Source: a virus
Lineage: Duplodnaviria > Caudoviricetes
Virus record (IMG/VR): IMGVR_UViG_3300033125_000635
Coordinates: 1-28,737 of that record
Strand: one strand, 5' to 3'
Length of the DNA stretch: 28,737 bases
Below the pieces are notes generated by a model that searched no databases, was not told the DNA's origin, and saw only the letters and a list, made by a program, of their open reading frames with translations. Position numbers and translations under genes: made by a program. Positions 18,101-25,799 of this stretch are shown piece by piece. Each line of letters starts with the position of its first letter. The first letter of the stretch is position 1.

Positions 18101-18960
18101 TGATTAATGATAAACTAAATTCATTTACAGATGTTCAGCAAGCTGGTAATCAGTTCTTCGCTAAACTTTCACCAGGTAGAGAATTGTTAGAGTTTGAATG
18201 TGATTTACTTACTTATTTCAATAGTACAAGTAGATTTACAAGCTCTGTTGCAACACCACTTACAGGTACTATTACCACAAATACATCAACAACTTTAGTT
18301 ACTGGAGTTGGTACTTTATTTACAACTGAATTAACAGTTGGTGAAACTATTTATAGTAATAGTGGAATTGTACTTGGAATAATTGCAACTATAAATACAG
18401 ACACAAGTTTAGATTTATTACAAAACGCAACTACTACTATAAATGACACTTATAACAACTTTACTTACTTCTTAAATCAATATGATTACATTGATATTGG
18501 AGATGTAATATATGTTAATGATTTAGAAAATAATACTGAAACTTATGAGATTATTGATTGGTCATTTGATGCAGTTAGAGAATATATAAATCCTGGTGTT
18601 ACTGACATTGCTGTAAGATCTGCTAAATATAGAGCTAAAAAAGTAACAATTCCAGCTAATAATCCACCTATTATTGCTTATGCTTTTAATAATATTCCAG
18701 CTGCAAATCAATGGATTATTACATCTGGATATGATTTAGTTTTAGCTATACAAGCATTTGTAGGACAATATGAGACAGGTGTATTTAGTATTAGTAATGA
18801 GCCATTAGGAATGGTTATAGATGCTAATACAGGTGTTATTACTTGGACACCTGGAGTATCTGATGAAAATGAAATTTATGATGATATAACAGTTTCAATA
18901 AGCAATGGTACTTCAACAACAACTTATAAATTTTCTATTAGAGTATATCCAACACTATAA
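15106..18960 (+). CDS. Large tail-tip/baseplate hub protein with five dispersed repeats and C-terminal Ig-like (He_PIG-like) domain
   Basis: 1284 aa, directly after tape measure; L[ST]G.I...G.GTLF..E...GD repeats; FSISNEPLGMVIDANTGVITWTP. Confidence 0.7.
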   Translation: MPTGLEELDLKVYIDYPQQRQNRRGPFVFATDGTQVDAGTKVNCIIDPVTLSVFGTPLPMTNEWKANFANNYARYAKTDFTFVNAIKWRQYTYYGNGDYYIISNSELSADQQSPVELTGGVSRNEPLFFSFSKLQKKNSDTKALLTLSWDNNDNKDKNTKLVFNADGSCDVYRGFVPLSGTIIAQTTGTAITGIGSKFLTQFLPGNKVYDVYGRLLGTVATVTNDLLMSLSANSAFDFVGSYSKGNPLKVQSYSRTESNYSQGRPISTIANPNDQYNDVYIIPMRGRDLLVLTSYGLNFCHSFSDLNVPDPPANVNVYNDDGPVFTSTNVSSVPIILPDGKFTITINQGKVGFQLAKLYFRSNWSIESQIITTPQAPPPTKSNLTGGITVSQGSTTITGTGTLFTSEVAVGDRISYTIDTVGSIILGTVATVTNDTSLELFDPSQYKITNNTYFVERKLSGTLSFTQGNTAVTGSGTLFSSELAKDDYLYDNNNNFIGIVDTIASNTSLALVSGSNITGVNQTPIWKNINLYFTRFINIQSEFYGQVLTTSIDTVSLQAEVIDIAGNTDPYNNKKTQFKIKISQTCSDPSLVASTDFGNAFYSVDLIAYLKNESTSNSSVDIKSALESFSLSRNETGELTLNMSARKQLLEDLGVVKPEIISNRPIKVDLLPRYPALLTGLISFYGTEIIYGQDTLFTTEVNIGDTLYLNNGTPIGIVSYIVDDTELGLLSNFIGGTSEYNEYTATPLYEAITLFEGYLDSPEIEYIYGENYDKYSLLTFSAIDKKQHLNTAYLSIAPNFDSIPLEDAMIQSINLAGLAGNNYNVPTMFIDPTITTYQVPVNRNNSNGQYNFVINLGDTSGGFIEKLRSDYAQNFTFFSKGQWNPLELTQDGWLFSTVFKLKDLDYILAEAPFVSLYLNETSAQDDGGIPIYESYKRTIRKMSKTYETPEANRIIIVGLDKSDGSRIEYLKDDEASQNPETYPVNRPDNWLGDIYPFVMINDKLNSFTDVQQAGNQFFAKLSPGRELLEFECDLLTYFNSTSRFTSSVATPLTGTITTNTSTTLVTGVGTLFTTELTVGETIYSNSGIVLGIIATINTDTSLDLLQNATTTINDTYNNFTYFLNQYDYIDIGDVIYVNDLENNTETYEIIDWSFDAVREYINPGVTDIAVRSAKYRAKKVTIPANNPPIIAYAFNNIPAANQWIITSGYDLVLAIQAFVGQYETGVFSISNEPLGMVIDANTGVITWTPGVSDENEIYDDITVSISNGTSTTTYKFSIRVYPTL

Positions 18961-21887
18961 TGCCAACTTATAAAGACTTAGATAGAACCAGTACTCAATC
19001 GTGTTTAATTGCATATGATGTCAAAGCTAAACTTACTGACCAATCATATGCAAGACCACCAGAATACTATGAGTTTGAAAGATACGCTGATTTCACGATT
19101 GGTGGTCATTTTGGCTGTTCTGCAAGTATTACCACTCAACTTGTTACTACTGGTTCTGCTCCTGTACCTTCTCCATATGGGTTACCTTGGAATTGGAGTA
19201 TTAATGCAATAGTTGTCGTAAATAATGGTCACGGAGTTTCCACAACACAGACAATAGTGTTAAAATCAGGAACAAATTACGGTCCATTCGATCCACTTTA
19301 CACACCTTTCGTAGTAGAAGATATATCAGTAGCTGGTACTTTTAACTTCACTGTTGGTTCTGAGATACTGTATGATATCACAGAATCACAACCTGGTGGA
19401 GCTTATTTACATCCACCTTACACTGTTTTAAATCAATACGAAAGATCATTAGTTGGAAGTACTGCAACTTGTACCGTTGTTTTAAATGGTCAAACAGTAA
19501 CAGCAACAGGAGCAGTATCATCAGCTCAAACAACCAACTATAATTTTGATGCGTATATTAAAGCTTGGAGCAGTGGTAGTTTAGCTGGTCAAGAAATTGC
19601 TACTATTAATGCTGCAACCTTAAACTCAATAGCAATTCCTAACAATGGATATATCTTTGCTCGTAACTCAAATCAGTTTGTAGAAGCAACAAATACTATC
19701 AAAGCTGTAACAACGGGAGCTGATGATGCTTTTGGAGATCCTATTGACACAAGAGCTGAACTAACATCATCTGCAACACTTGAAAGAAATATAAAAAATA
19801 AAGGTTGGGTAAATGCATATAACAATACCTATCCTAATTCTTTAAATGTAAATATCCTAAACTTTGATGGTGGAACAAGAACAGTTACTTTTACTGGAAC
19901 TTATGATGAAACTGAAACATTTAAAAAATACAGTTATAGTTCATCATTGCTACTTGTAAACACTCTTACTGACACTGTAAACTTTGATGATATTCCTGCT
20001 GGTAATTTTAAGAACACACTAACTTCAGCAAGCTTAATAGCTAATGGAGATTATCAATATAACACAAGAGTTCCATTTAGGGGATGGTCTTATGCTGGAG
20101 CTTCATTATATCACACTAAAGAGATAACACTATCTGGTAGTGGAAATACTTATAGTTTTAATGCTCCAAATCGTACCAATTTTAGTGGTTATAGATATCT
20201 TAGAATAAATGCTCAATCAGCTACTGCAAGTCCTGAATCAGCCACTTTATGGATATCTTATGGCAATGCTGGTACATATGTAATGTCAGCTCCTATGACA
20301 ATACCAGTAGTTGCAAGTAATCAAAATAAAGATCTTTGTTTTGCTTATGATTTACACGTTTCTCCAGCTGATGATATTGTTACGCAAGATAATCCATATC
20401 CAAGAGCTAATCCTAATAGCTCTTATGATTGGGGATCTCAGAAGCTTATCAACAAAGATTTATATGGCATTGGTCAAGTTGGTGAAGTAAGACTTGATGG
20501 TAATGTAACTGTTAATTCTTTCAAACTATACAGAGATGACAACACAGCAAAAGCAGATTTTATTGCTCCAATTTCTCAATCTGGCTTGGGATTTACTCAG
20601 GTATTCACAGGAACTGCAAGTACTACATACAATGGTAGAAGATTTTGGTCCCAAGATGTTCAAGGACGTAATGATGAGGAATACGATCTTCTTCAGGTAA
20701 TTGATGGTGGAACTACTTATGTACCTCAAACTATCGCTGGGTTTGTTGATAATATTAATAACTTAACTGGTTATCAAGGTGGAAGAGTACATCTTGGTTG
20801 GACTGCTAACTCTTCTACTCCTAATGATAGCTCAGCTAATCTTCGTGATGGATACTTAAATGAAGATGGATATATGAGCTGGCTTATGGGTTTTGGTATG
20901 GAATATGTAGCAGGAAACCAAAAGTTTGCTTTTGACCGTGATTTAAGCCAGGAAGCAAATGATTATGATATTTTTGCTCAAACTATTTTTGATGAGCTTA
21001 ATTGTGATTTTATACCTGACTATCCTGATCCATTTGGAATTGAAACACCGGGAGAAACAGCTTTAATTCTTTATGGATTTAATTGTCAAAGAGGACCAGT
21101 ACACGGTCTTGTTCAACTTCAACAATTAGGACAAACTGTTTTTGTTCAAGATGCTGGATTAGTTAATAGAGGATCGTCTGTAACTGATGTAAATGGTAGA
21201 TATCAAACAGCTACTCCTTTTATGCAAGCTCAGAATGTAAATGATGTATTTTGTGGAATAGCAACAACTACAACTACTGCAATAACAGCAAAAAGAAATA
21301 GAGTAGCTTTTTATTTTCCAGCTGCTCCAACATCATCAACTATAAAATCAGCAGACATTAGTGGATTATATCAACATCTTATTGGAACTGTTAATAGCAA
21401 TGTTGTTACTTTGATATTAACAGAAACATATGATTTTAGTGTTTTTGAATATCTTGCTACTAATATATCAGATGCAGCTAATGTTGCAGTAGCTTGGAAA
21501 CCACTCACTAATGAAAATCAAATAATGTTAGTTGTTGAAACAGTTGCTGGTGATATCAAACTATACATTAATAATAATTTAGGAACAGGAGATTGCGTTT
21601 TGTCTACTGTATTAGGAACTGGTGTAACGCCAGCAATAGCTATAAATAATCAAGGTAATCAACTAATTATTTGGAGAACAACAACTTCAAGTGGATCTAT
21701 AAGAAGAATTTTACTGGATACAAATGGAAATGTAATAGAAGCAGCATCAAATATTGTTGTTGGAAATGTTACTACTGATGGATTAGCTTGTTACTGGAAA
21801 GATGATCAAGCATATATTGTTTACAATGATGCAGTTTCTGGTATCACAGTAATAAAATCAGATGATTATGCTACTACATTTAATTAA
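18960..21887 (+). CDS. Minor tail or receptor-binding protein
   Basis: 975 aa, beta-rich; last gene before lysis; C-terminus propeller-like with an Asp-box-like KSDDYATTF. Confidence 0.55.
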   Translation: MPTYKDLDRTSTQSCLIAYDVKAKLTDQSYARPPEYYEFERYADFTIGGHFGCSASITTQLVTTGSAPVPSPYGLPWNWSINAIVVVNNGHGVSTTQTIVLKSGTNYGPFDPLYTPFVVEDISVAGTFNFTVGSEILYDITESQPGGAYLHPPYTVLNQYERSLVGSTATCTVVLNGQTVTATGAVSSAQTTNYNFDAYIKAWSSGSLAGQEIATINAATLNSIAIPNNGYIFARNSNQFVEATNTIKAVTTGADDAFGDPIDTRAELTSSATLERNIKNKGWVNAYNNTYPNSLNVNILNFDGGTRTVTFTGTYDETETFKKYSYSSSLLLVNTLTDTVNFDDIPAGNFKNTLTSASLIANGDYQYNTRVPFRGWSYAGASLYHTKEITLSGSGNTYSFNAPNRTNFSGYRYLRINAQSATASPESATLWISYGNAGTYVMSAPMTIPVVASNQNKDLCFAYDLHVSPADDIVTQDNPYPRANPNSSYDWGSQKLINKDLYGIGQVGEVRLDGNVTVNSFKLYRDDNTAKADFIAPISQSGLGFTQVFTGTASTTYNGRRFWSQDVQGRNDEEYDLLQVIDGGTTYVPQTIAGFVDNINNLTGYQGGRVHLGWTANSSTPNDSSANLRDGYLNEDGYMSWLMGFGMEYVAGNQKFAFDRDLSQEANDYDIFAQTIFDELNCDFIPDYPDPFGIETPGETALILYGFNCQRGPVHGLVQLQQLGQTVFVQDAGLVNRGSSVTDVNGRYQTATPFMQAQNVNDVFCGIATTTTTAITAKRNRVAFYFPAAPTSSTIKSADISGLYQHLIGTVNSNVVTLILTETYDFSVFEYLATNISDAANVAVAWKPLTNENQIMLVVETVAGDIKLYINNNLGTGDCVLSTVLGTGVTPAIAINNQGNQLIIWRTTTSSGSIRRILLDTNGNVIEAASNIVVGNVTTDGLACYWKDDQAYIVYNDAVSGITVIKSDDYATTFN

Positions 21888-21930
21888 ATAAATAAACCAC
21901 AAGAAATGGCAGAACTTGTGGTTTATTTAT
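21888..21930. terminator. 16-bp perfect inverted repeat, probable bidirectional terminator
   Basis: ATAAATAAACCACAAG-11 nt-CTTGTGGTTTATTTAT immediately after the tail operon stop. Confidence 0.8.
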
Positions 21931-22025
21931 GTGTGTAGTAAGGAGTTTTTTTGTAATGATTAGTTTACAAAATTATTATACCATAAATCTAAATGATAGT
22001 AATTCCTTATTTCTCAGGAGAAATT

Positions 22026-22544
22026 ATGCTAAAAGAAGTAGCTTTAAAAGCTGTTGATGATGCTCTCTTACTAAATGGATATGTAGAAAAATCAGACAAC
22101 TGGGATAAAAATATTCAAGAATATCTTAAGTGTGTCTTTATAGATTTTCCGGCGCCATATTGCGTTGCATTTGTTAAATTTAGAATTATTCAAGCTGCAA
22201 AATCTTTAGGATTTACACTATCAGAAGAGTTTATGAAACTAAATGGTTGGTGTCCATCTTGGGGTATTTATGCTAAAAAACATAATATATGGATACCTAT
22301 GTCAGAGTCAAGAGTTAATTCATCCATAATTAAAAAAGGATATATAGTTTTATTTTACTCTGATGCTAAAGAACGATTATATCACGCAGGTTTAGTAATA
22401 TCATCTACTAAAGAAGGCGTATGGACTATTGAAGCTAACACAGCTGATACTACTGGTGTTAATCCTGATGGAGATGGTATTTTTAAGAAATTTAGACGAT
22501 GGAATACTCTTGGTAAAAACGGTGGGTTTTTGAAGACTTACTAA
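22026..22544 (+). CDS. Endolysin, CHAP/NlpC-P60-like cysteine-histidine amidase/peptidase
   Basis: APYCVAFV (Cys), YHAGLV (His), TIEANT; AGGAG SD favours ATG 22026 over 21993. Confidence 0.8.
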   Translation: MLKEVALKAVDDALLLNGYVEKSDNWDKNIQEYLKCVFIDFPAPYCVAFVKFRIIQAAKSLGFTLSEEFMKLNGWCPSWGIYAKKHNIWIPMSESRVNSSIIKKGYIVLFYSDAKERLYHAGLVISSTKEGVWTIEANTADTTGVNPDGDGIFKKFRRWNTLGKNGGFLKTY

Positions 22545-22587
22545 TATAGAATAAATAATATAGCAATACTTTACTAAGGTGATTTTT

Positions 22588-22875
22588 ATGATTTTTCAAG
22601 ATTATCAAAACTTTGTCGCAGCGCTTGTTGGCAGTATTATTGGAGCTTCAAGAGACAATCATAAGAATGCAATATCATATAGTTTAAGTGTAGTAACAGG
22701 AACTGCAAGTTCTGTTTATCTAACACCTATTATTGCTTCAATGCTACAAATGACAGATCCAAAACAAATGTTAGGTTTATCATTCCTTGTTGGTACTTTA
22801 GGACTAAAAACAATAGAGTTTTTCAGTAAAAGAATTCAAACACAGTTGGAGAAAAAGCAGATTGATGATTTATAA
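22588..22875 (+). CDS. Holin (2-3 hydrophobic segments, charged C-terminus)
   Basis: Adjacent to the endolysin; FVAALVGSIIG, LSVVTGTASSVYLTPII, LGLSFLVGTLGL; SD AAGGTG favours ATG 22588. Confidence 0.8.
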   Translation: MIFQDYQNFVAALVGSIIGASRDNHKNAISYSLSVVTGTASSVYLTPIIASMLQMTDPKQMLGLSFLVGTLGLKTIEFFSKRIQTQLEKKQIDDL

Positions 22876-22907
22876 TGTTTGGACGATGGAACAACTTATA
22901 GAAGCGC

Positions 22908-22938
22908 AAAAAAAAGACCAGTCTAAATGACTGGTCTT
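22908..22938 (-). terminator. Intrinsic terminator between the convergent lysis and nuclease genes
   Basis: AAGACCAGTC-TAAAT-GACTGGTCTT; T run follows on the minus strand. Confidence 0.85.
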
Positions 22939-22965
22939 GTGACATAGATAAACAACATTATCGTA

Positions 22966-23514
22966 TTATACCGTACTATTTTTAAGATTAATCCTTGACG
23001 AGTCTGGTGTCCACTTACTTCCTAAACGATAAATAGTTTTACCAATCATAAAAGATAAAAACTTTATATAAGCATTTTCTGAAAATGCATAACTCTTGTG
23101 ATTCGTACCAGTAAATTCTTTTAGTTTATCTTGACAAACATTATTTATTGCGTGGATAACAAACCATTTTTCATCTTTTTCTTTATCGATGCTATAACAA
23201 ACTATAAAGAATGGTATGTCATTTCTAACACCATCGCTATCATATCTTTTGCAGAACGATCTTAAGCAACCAGATTGATTCTTATCTATAAAAGGTAAAT
23301 AGTAATATCCACCAGAGTATTGAATCTCTTTACACTCAAATAAACATCTGCAAACGTCATCGCCATCTTTATCAGTACCAGTAAAGATACCAAACATATT
23401 ACGCTCTAAAAGCTCTAACATATCAAAGTCTAACATAAGATGATTATGCGGTAATGAACGATGCCATTCACTGTACTTTTGATCTCTAATTCCTGTCTTT
23501 TCTAAACTTGCCAT
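22966..23514 (-). CDS. Hypothetical protein, possible PD-(D/E)XK-fold nuclease
   Basis: YSEWHR...LDFD...LFECKE...Q pattern; AAGGAGG SD and own promoter. Confidence 0.55.
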   Translation of the reverse strand: MASLEKTGIRDQKYSEWHRSLPHNHLMLDFDMLELLERNMFGIFTGTDKDGDDVCRCLFECKEIQYSGGYYYLPFIDKNQSGCLRSFCKRYDSDGVRNDIPFFIVCYSIDKEKDEKWFVIHAINNVCQDKLKEFTGTNHKSYAFSENAYIKFLSFMIGKTIYRLGSKWTPDSSRINLKNSTV

Positions 23515-23540
23515 TAAAAGCCTCCTTAGCTTACACTCTT

Positions 23541-23568
23541 ATTATACATCAGATAGTTATAATGTCAA
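23541..23568 (-). promoter_or_regulatory. Consensus sigma70-type promoter
   Basis: Minus strand TTGACA-16 nt-TATAAT, then TAAGGAGG SD. Confidence 0.85.
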
Positions 23569-23583
23569 GTAATCTTTTATGGA

Positions 23584-24069
23584 TTATTTAACGTGTTGCC
23601 ATTCTTTATTTCTATAAATTGCAGAAATTTGAGATTGAGATATATTATATTTCAAAGATAAATCTTTTTGAATTCCTTTGTAATAATTTTTTAATTCATT
23701 TTTAATTTGTTTGACTTGAAATTCATTTAATTTTGACATACCAGATTTTGATCCTTTAATATGTCTATTTTTATTTTTGCAATCTGCATTATTTTCTTGT
23801 ATAGTTCCTAAAAACAAATGATTTGGATTTACACAAGTAGGATTATCACATTTATGGCAAACAAATAAATTATTTTCAACTTCACCATTAAAATAAATAT
23901 AAGAAAATTTATGAGCAGTTGAACATTTTCCATCGAAATGAAAAATACCATAGCCAAATCTATGTTTTCCACCAACCCAAATCCAGCAATTTTCAGTCTT
24001 TTCTACTTTTGATAAAAATCTATCTATTGGTAAAATTTTTATTTTTCTTTCATAAACACCTGTTGGCAT
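23584..24069 (-). CDS. HNH homing endonuclease with C-terminal HTH
   Basis: CWIWVGG...VCHKCDNPTCVNPNHLFLGTIQEN; LSLKYNISQSQIS. Confidence 0.92.
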   Translation of the reverse strand: MPTGVYERKIKILPIDRFLSKVEKTENCWIWVGGKHRFGYGIFHFDGKCSTAHKFSYIYFNGEVENNLFVCHKCDNPTCVNPNHLFLGTIQENNADCKNKNRHIKGSKSGMSKLNEFQVKQIKNELKNYYKGIQKDLSLKYNISQSQISAIYRNKEWQHVK

Positions 24070-24070
24070 T

Positions 24071-24442
24071 CTAAACTCCTAAATAATCTCTAATACAATC
24101 TATGCAAGATTGAGCGTCATAAAATACTTCAAACTTCGTAGGATTGTTTGAGTGTTTGTTGATAAGGTCGCTAAACATTTTTTGCTCTAATGTTAATTTG
24201 CCTTTGCCTTTTTTGATTTCAATCCATAGAGAGCTGTATCCATTTTTGCTAATAGGTACGATTATATCATAAACACCTTTACGCATTCCAAGTTTTTTTA
24301 ACCACATAATAATCGCATAACCAGTACCAAAAAATGAGTTAGGTGTATGGAAGATAACCTTTAACTGTTCATAAGTTTCTTCATTACTACGAACCCAATC
24401 CATTACCTCTATTTGTATTTGACCTTCTAATGATTTTGCCAT
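24071..24442 (-). CDS. VRR-NUC domain nuclease (putative Holliday junction resolvase)
   Basis: FHTPN, LKKLGMRKGVYDI, LWIEIK, GKLTLEQ. Confidence 0.88.
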   Translation of the reverse strand: MAKSLEGQIQIEVMDWVRSNEETYEQLKVIFHTPNSFFGTGYAIIMWLKKLGMRKGVYDIIVPISKNGYSSLWIEIKKGKGKLTLEQKMFSDLINKHSNNPTKFEVFYDAQSCIDCIRDYLGV

Positions 24443-24447
24443 ATGTG

Positions 24448-24480
24448 ATTATACCATAGAAGGTTATCTTGTTGTATAAT
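24448..24480. promoter_or_regulatory. Divergent back-to-back -10 elements
   Basis: Leftward TGgTATAAT (hexamer 24448-24453) 5 nt before the VRR-NUC ATG; rightward TATAAT at 24475-24480. Confidence 0.65.
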
Positions 24481-24501
24481 AGGAATGGTTATGATGAGAA
24501 C

Positions 24502-24600
24502 TATACAAAGCTTATATGTAGTATATCTTTTAGGTATTCTTTGTGTATGTTTTCCTTATATAATAGATATACATTCTGTATGTAAGACGTATATAAACTT
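24502..24600 (+). repeat. Array of nine degenerate 11-bp units, each starting TAT
   Basis: tatacaaagct tatatgtagta tatcttttagg tattctttgtg tatgttttcct tatataataga tatacattctg tatgtaagacg tatataaactt. Confidence 0.85.
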
Positions 24601-24672
24601 TTGATTCTCTATCCTAAAATGGCTCTGTTAAAAGAAAAGAATTAAAAGAAAAAAGAAAAAGGATAAAAGTAA

Positions 24673-25317
24673 ATGATTAGAAATCCAAATATTATTCCAA
24701 AGCCTATTATGAAAGCAATGGAGAATTTTTCAAATGATAAGTTTATTAGCTATGTTTGTAAGAATCATATCAAGTTGTTTAGTGATGAAATTCTTGAAAC
24801 TGAAATTACAGACTTAAAAAAATACATAGATAGTTTATTTATCAATTTTGAAAATGATAACAAGAATATCTCAGCAGTGAGAGAGGAAAACTATTTTCCA
24901 GATTTAAGTAATGTGTTAGTTGTTATTGAAAAAGATTCTGATTTTATTCCGGCAATAAAAGAAGTATTATGGCAATTGAAAAATACACCATCAACATCTA
25001 AAAAAATACTAATGCATATTGCAAGAATAGATAGCAATGGGATTTATAAATTAATATCAGAACAAGACTATCCAGTTACAAATCAAGCTTTTAGTTTAGC
25101 AAGCTTCAATGGTTTATTAGATTGTTCAAAACAACCTATAAGAGATGGAAAATCAGCTTATCTATATAAAAATCCTACTGATAAAAGAAAAGGATTTTAT
25201 TACAAAGGAAATCTTTTATCATTAAAAGAATTAAGCGAAATCAATAATGTACCTATAGTAACAATTCAATCAAGACTTAAAAAAGGAATCAAGATTCATC
25301 TGGCTATTCAAAAATAA
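24673..25317 (+). CDS. Hypothetical protein with C-terminal HTH-like DNA-binding module
   Basis: YYKGNLLSLKELSEINNVPIVTIQSRLKKG resembles DNA-binding tails of phage endonucleases; AAGGA SD. Confidence 0.6.
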   Translation: MIRNPNIIPKPIMKAMENFSNDKFISYVCKNHIKLFSDEILETEITDLKKYIDSLFINFENDNKNISAVREENYFPDLSNVLVVIEKDSDFIPAIKEVLWQLKNTPSTSKKILMHIARIDSNGIYKLISEQDYPVTNQAFSLASFNGLLDCSKQPIRDGKSAYLYKNPTDKRKGFYYKGNLLSLKELSEINNVPIVTIQSRLKKGIKIHLAIQK

Positions 25318-25320
25318 GTC

Positions 25321-25349
25321 TTGACTAAAATAACAAAATAGGTTATAAT
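25321..25349 (+). promoter_or_regulatory. Sigma70-type promoter, probably leaderless, overlapping an ATAAC-N7-GTTAT palindrome
   Basis: TTGACT-17 nt-TATAAT-6 nt-ATG; no SD. Confidence 0.8.
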
Positions 25350-25355
25350 AAAAGT

Positions 25356-25589
25356 ATGGAAGATTTTGAAGATGATGAGATTGAAGGCTATACAGACTCT
25401 ATTATGCCATTCTTAAGAATTTATGTTTCTGCTGGTAGAGAAGATCACGACTTGTTAGAAATTGAAGAAGTGATTGAATTCTTAACTAGTGAAAAAAGAA
25501 GCATAAATGACACTATAAAAGAGCTTATGGATAAAGGTATGGCAAATGTATATGCCTGTTCTTTTAACAGAACTTTGAAGGTGTTTTAA
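25356..25589 (+). CDS. Small acidic hypothetical protein
   Basis: 77-aa ORF directly behind the promoter. Confidence 0.7.
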   Translation: MEDFEDDEIEGYTDSIMPFLRIYVSAGREDHDLLEIEEVIEFLTSEKRSINDTIKELMDKGMANVYACSFNRTLKVF

Positions 25590-25592
25590 GCC

Positions 25593-25799
25593 TTGAAAAA
25601 GAAAGACTTATTGATAACTGAGTTATCACAAACAGAGTTAGCAAGAAAGCTTGGAGTATCTCAACCTCTTGTATCTAAATGGTTCAGTGGAAAAGTAATA
25701 CCAAGGCCAGAAACTTTTAAAAGGATAGCTTCAGCAACAAATACACCAATCAAAGAGCTTATAGATTATATTTATGCCAAGAATAAAGACCTGGAATGA
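25593..25799 (+). CDS. Cro/XRE-family HTH regulator
   Basis: LSQTELARKLGVSQPLVSKWFSGKVIP; TTG start with AAGGTG upstream. Confidence 0.88.
   Translation: MKKKDLLITELSQTELARKLGVSQPLVSKWFSGKVIPRPETFKRIASATNTPIKELIDYIYAKNKDLE

Noticed and set aside
9025-21887. Diversity-generating retroelement or invertible tail-fibre cassette
   Set aside because: No reverse transcriptase or invertase; the repeats are in-frame protein repeats differing mostly at synonymous sites, not adenine-specific TR/VR pairs
22875-22901. 8-codon ORF (MFGRWNNL) coupled to the holin stop, and ATG-TAA at 2032-2037
   Set aside because: Too short to support; expected by chance in AT-rich DNA
24502-24600. CRISPR-like or mini-array interpretation
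   Set aside because: The constant part is only 3 bp and the variable part 8 bp; no cas genes and no 23-47 bp repeats seen in the window
24485-24604. 39-aa hydrophobic ORF (MVMMRTIQSLYVVYLLGILCVCFPYII...) spanning the TAT array
   Set aside because: An 11-bp period is incompatible with codon-driven structure, and T-rich DNA yields hydrophobic codons by chance; not fully excluded without Ribo-seq
24630-24672. A-rich tract read as DnaA-trio (NAN) repeats
   Set aside because: Central As are trivial in an A-run, and the tract is on the opposite strand from the geometry I recall for B. subtilis oriC relative to TTAT-oriented boxes
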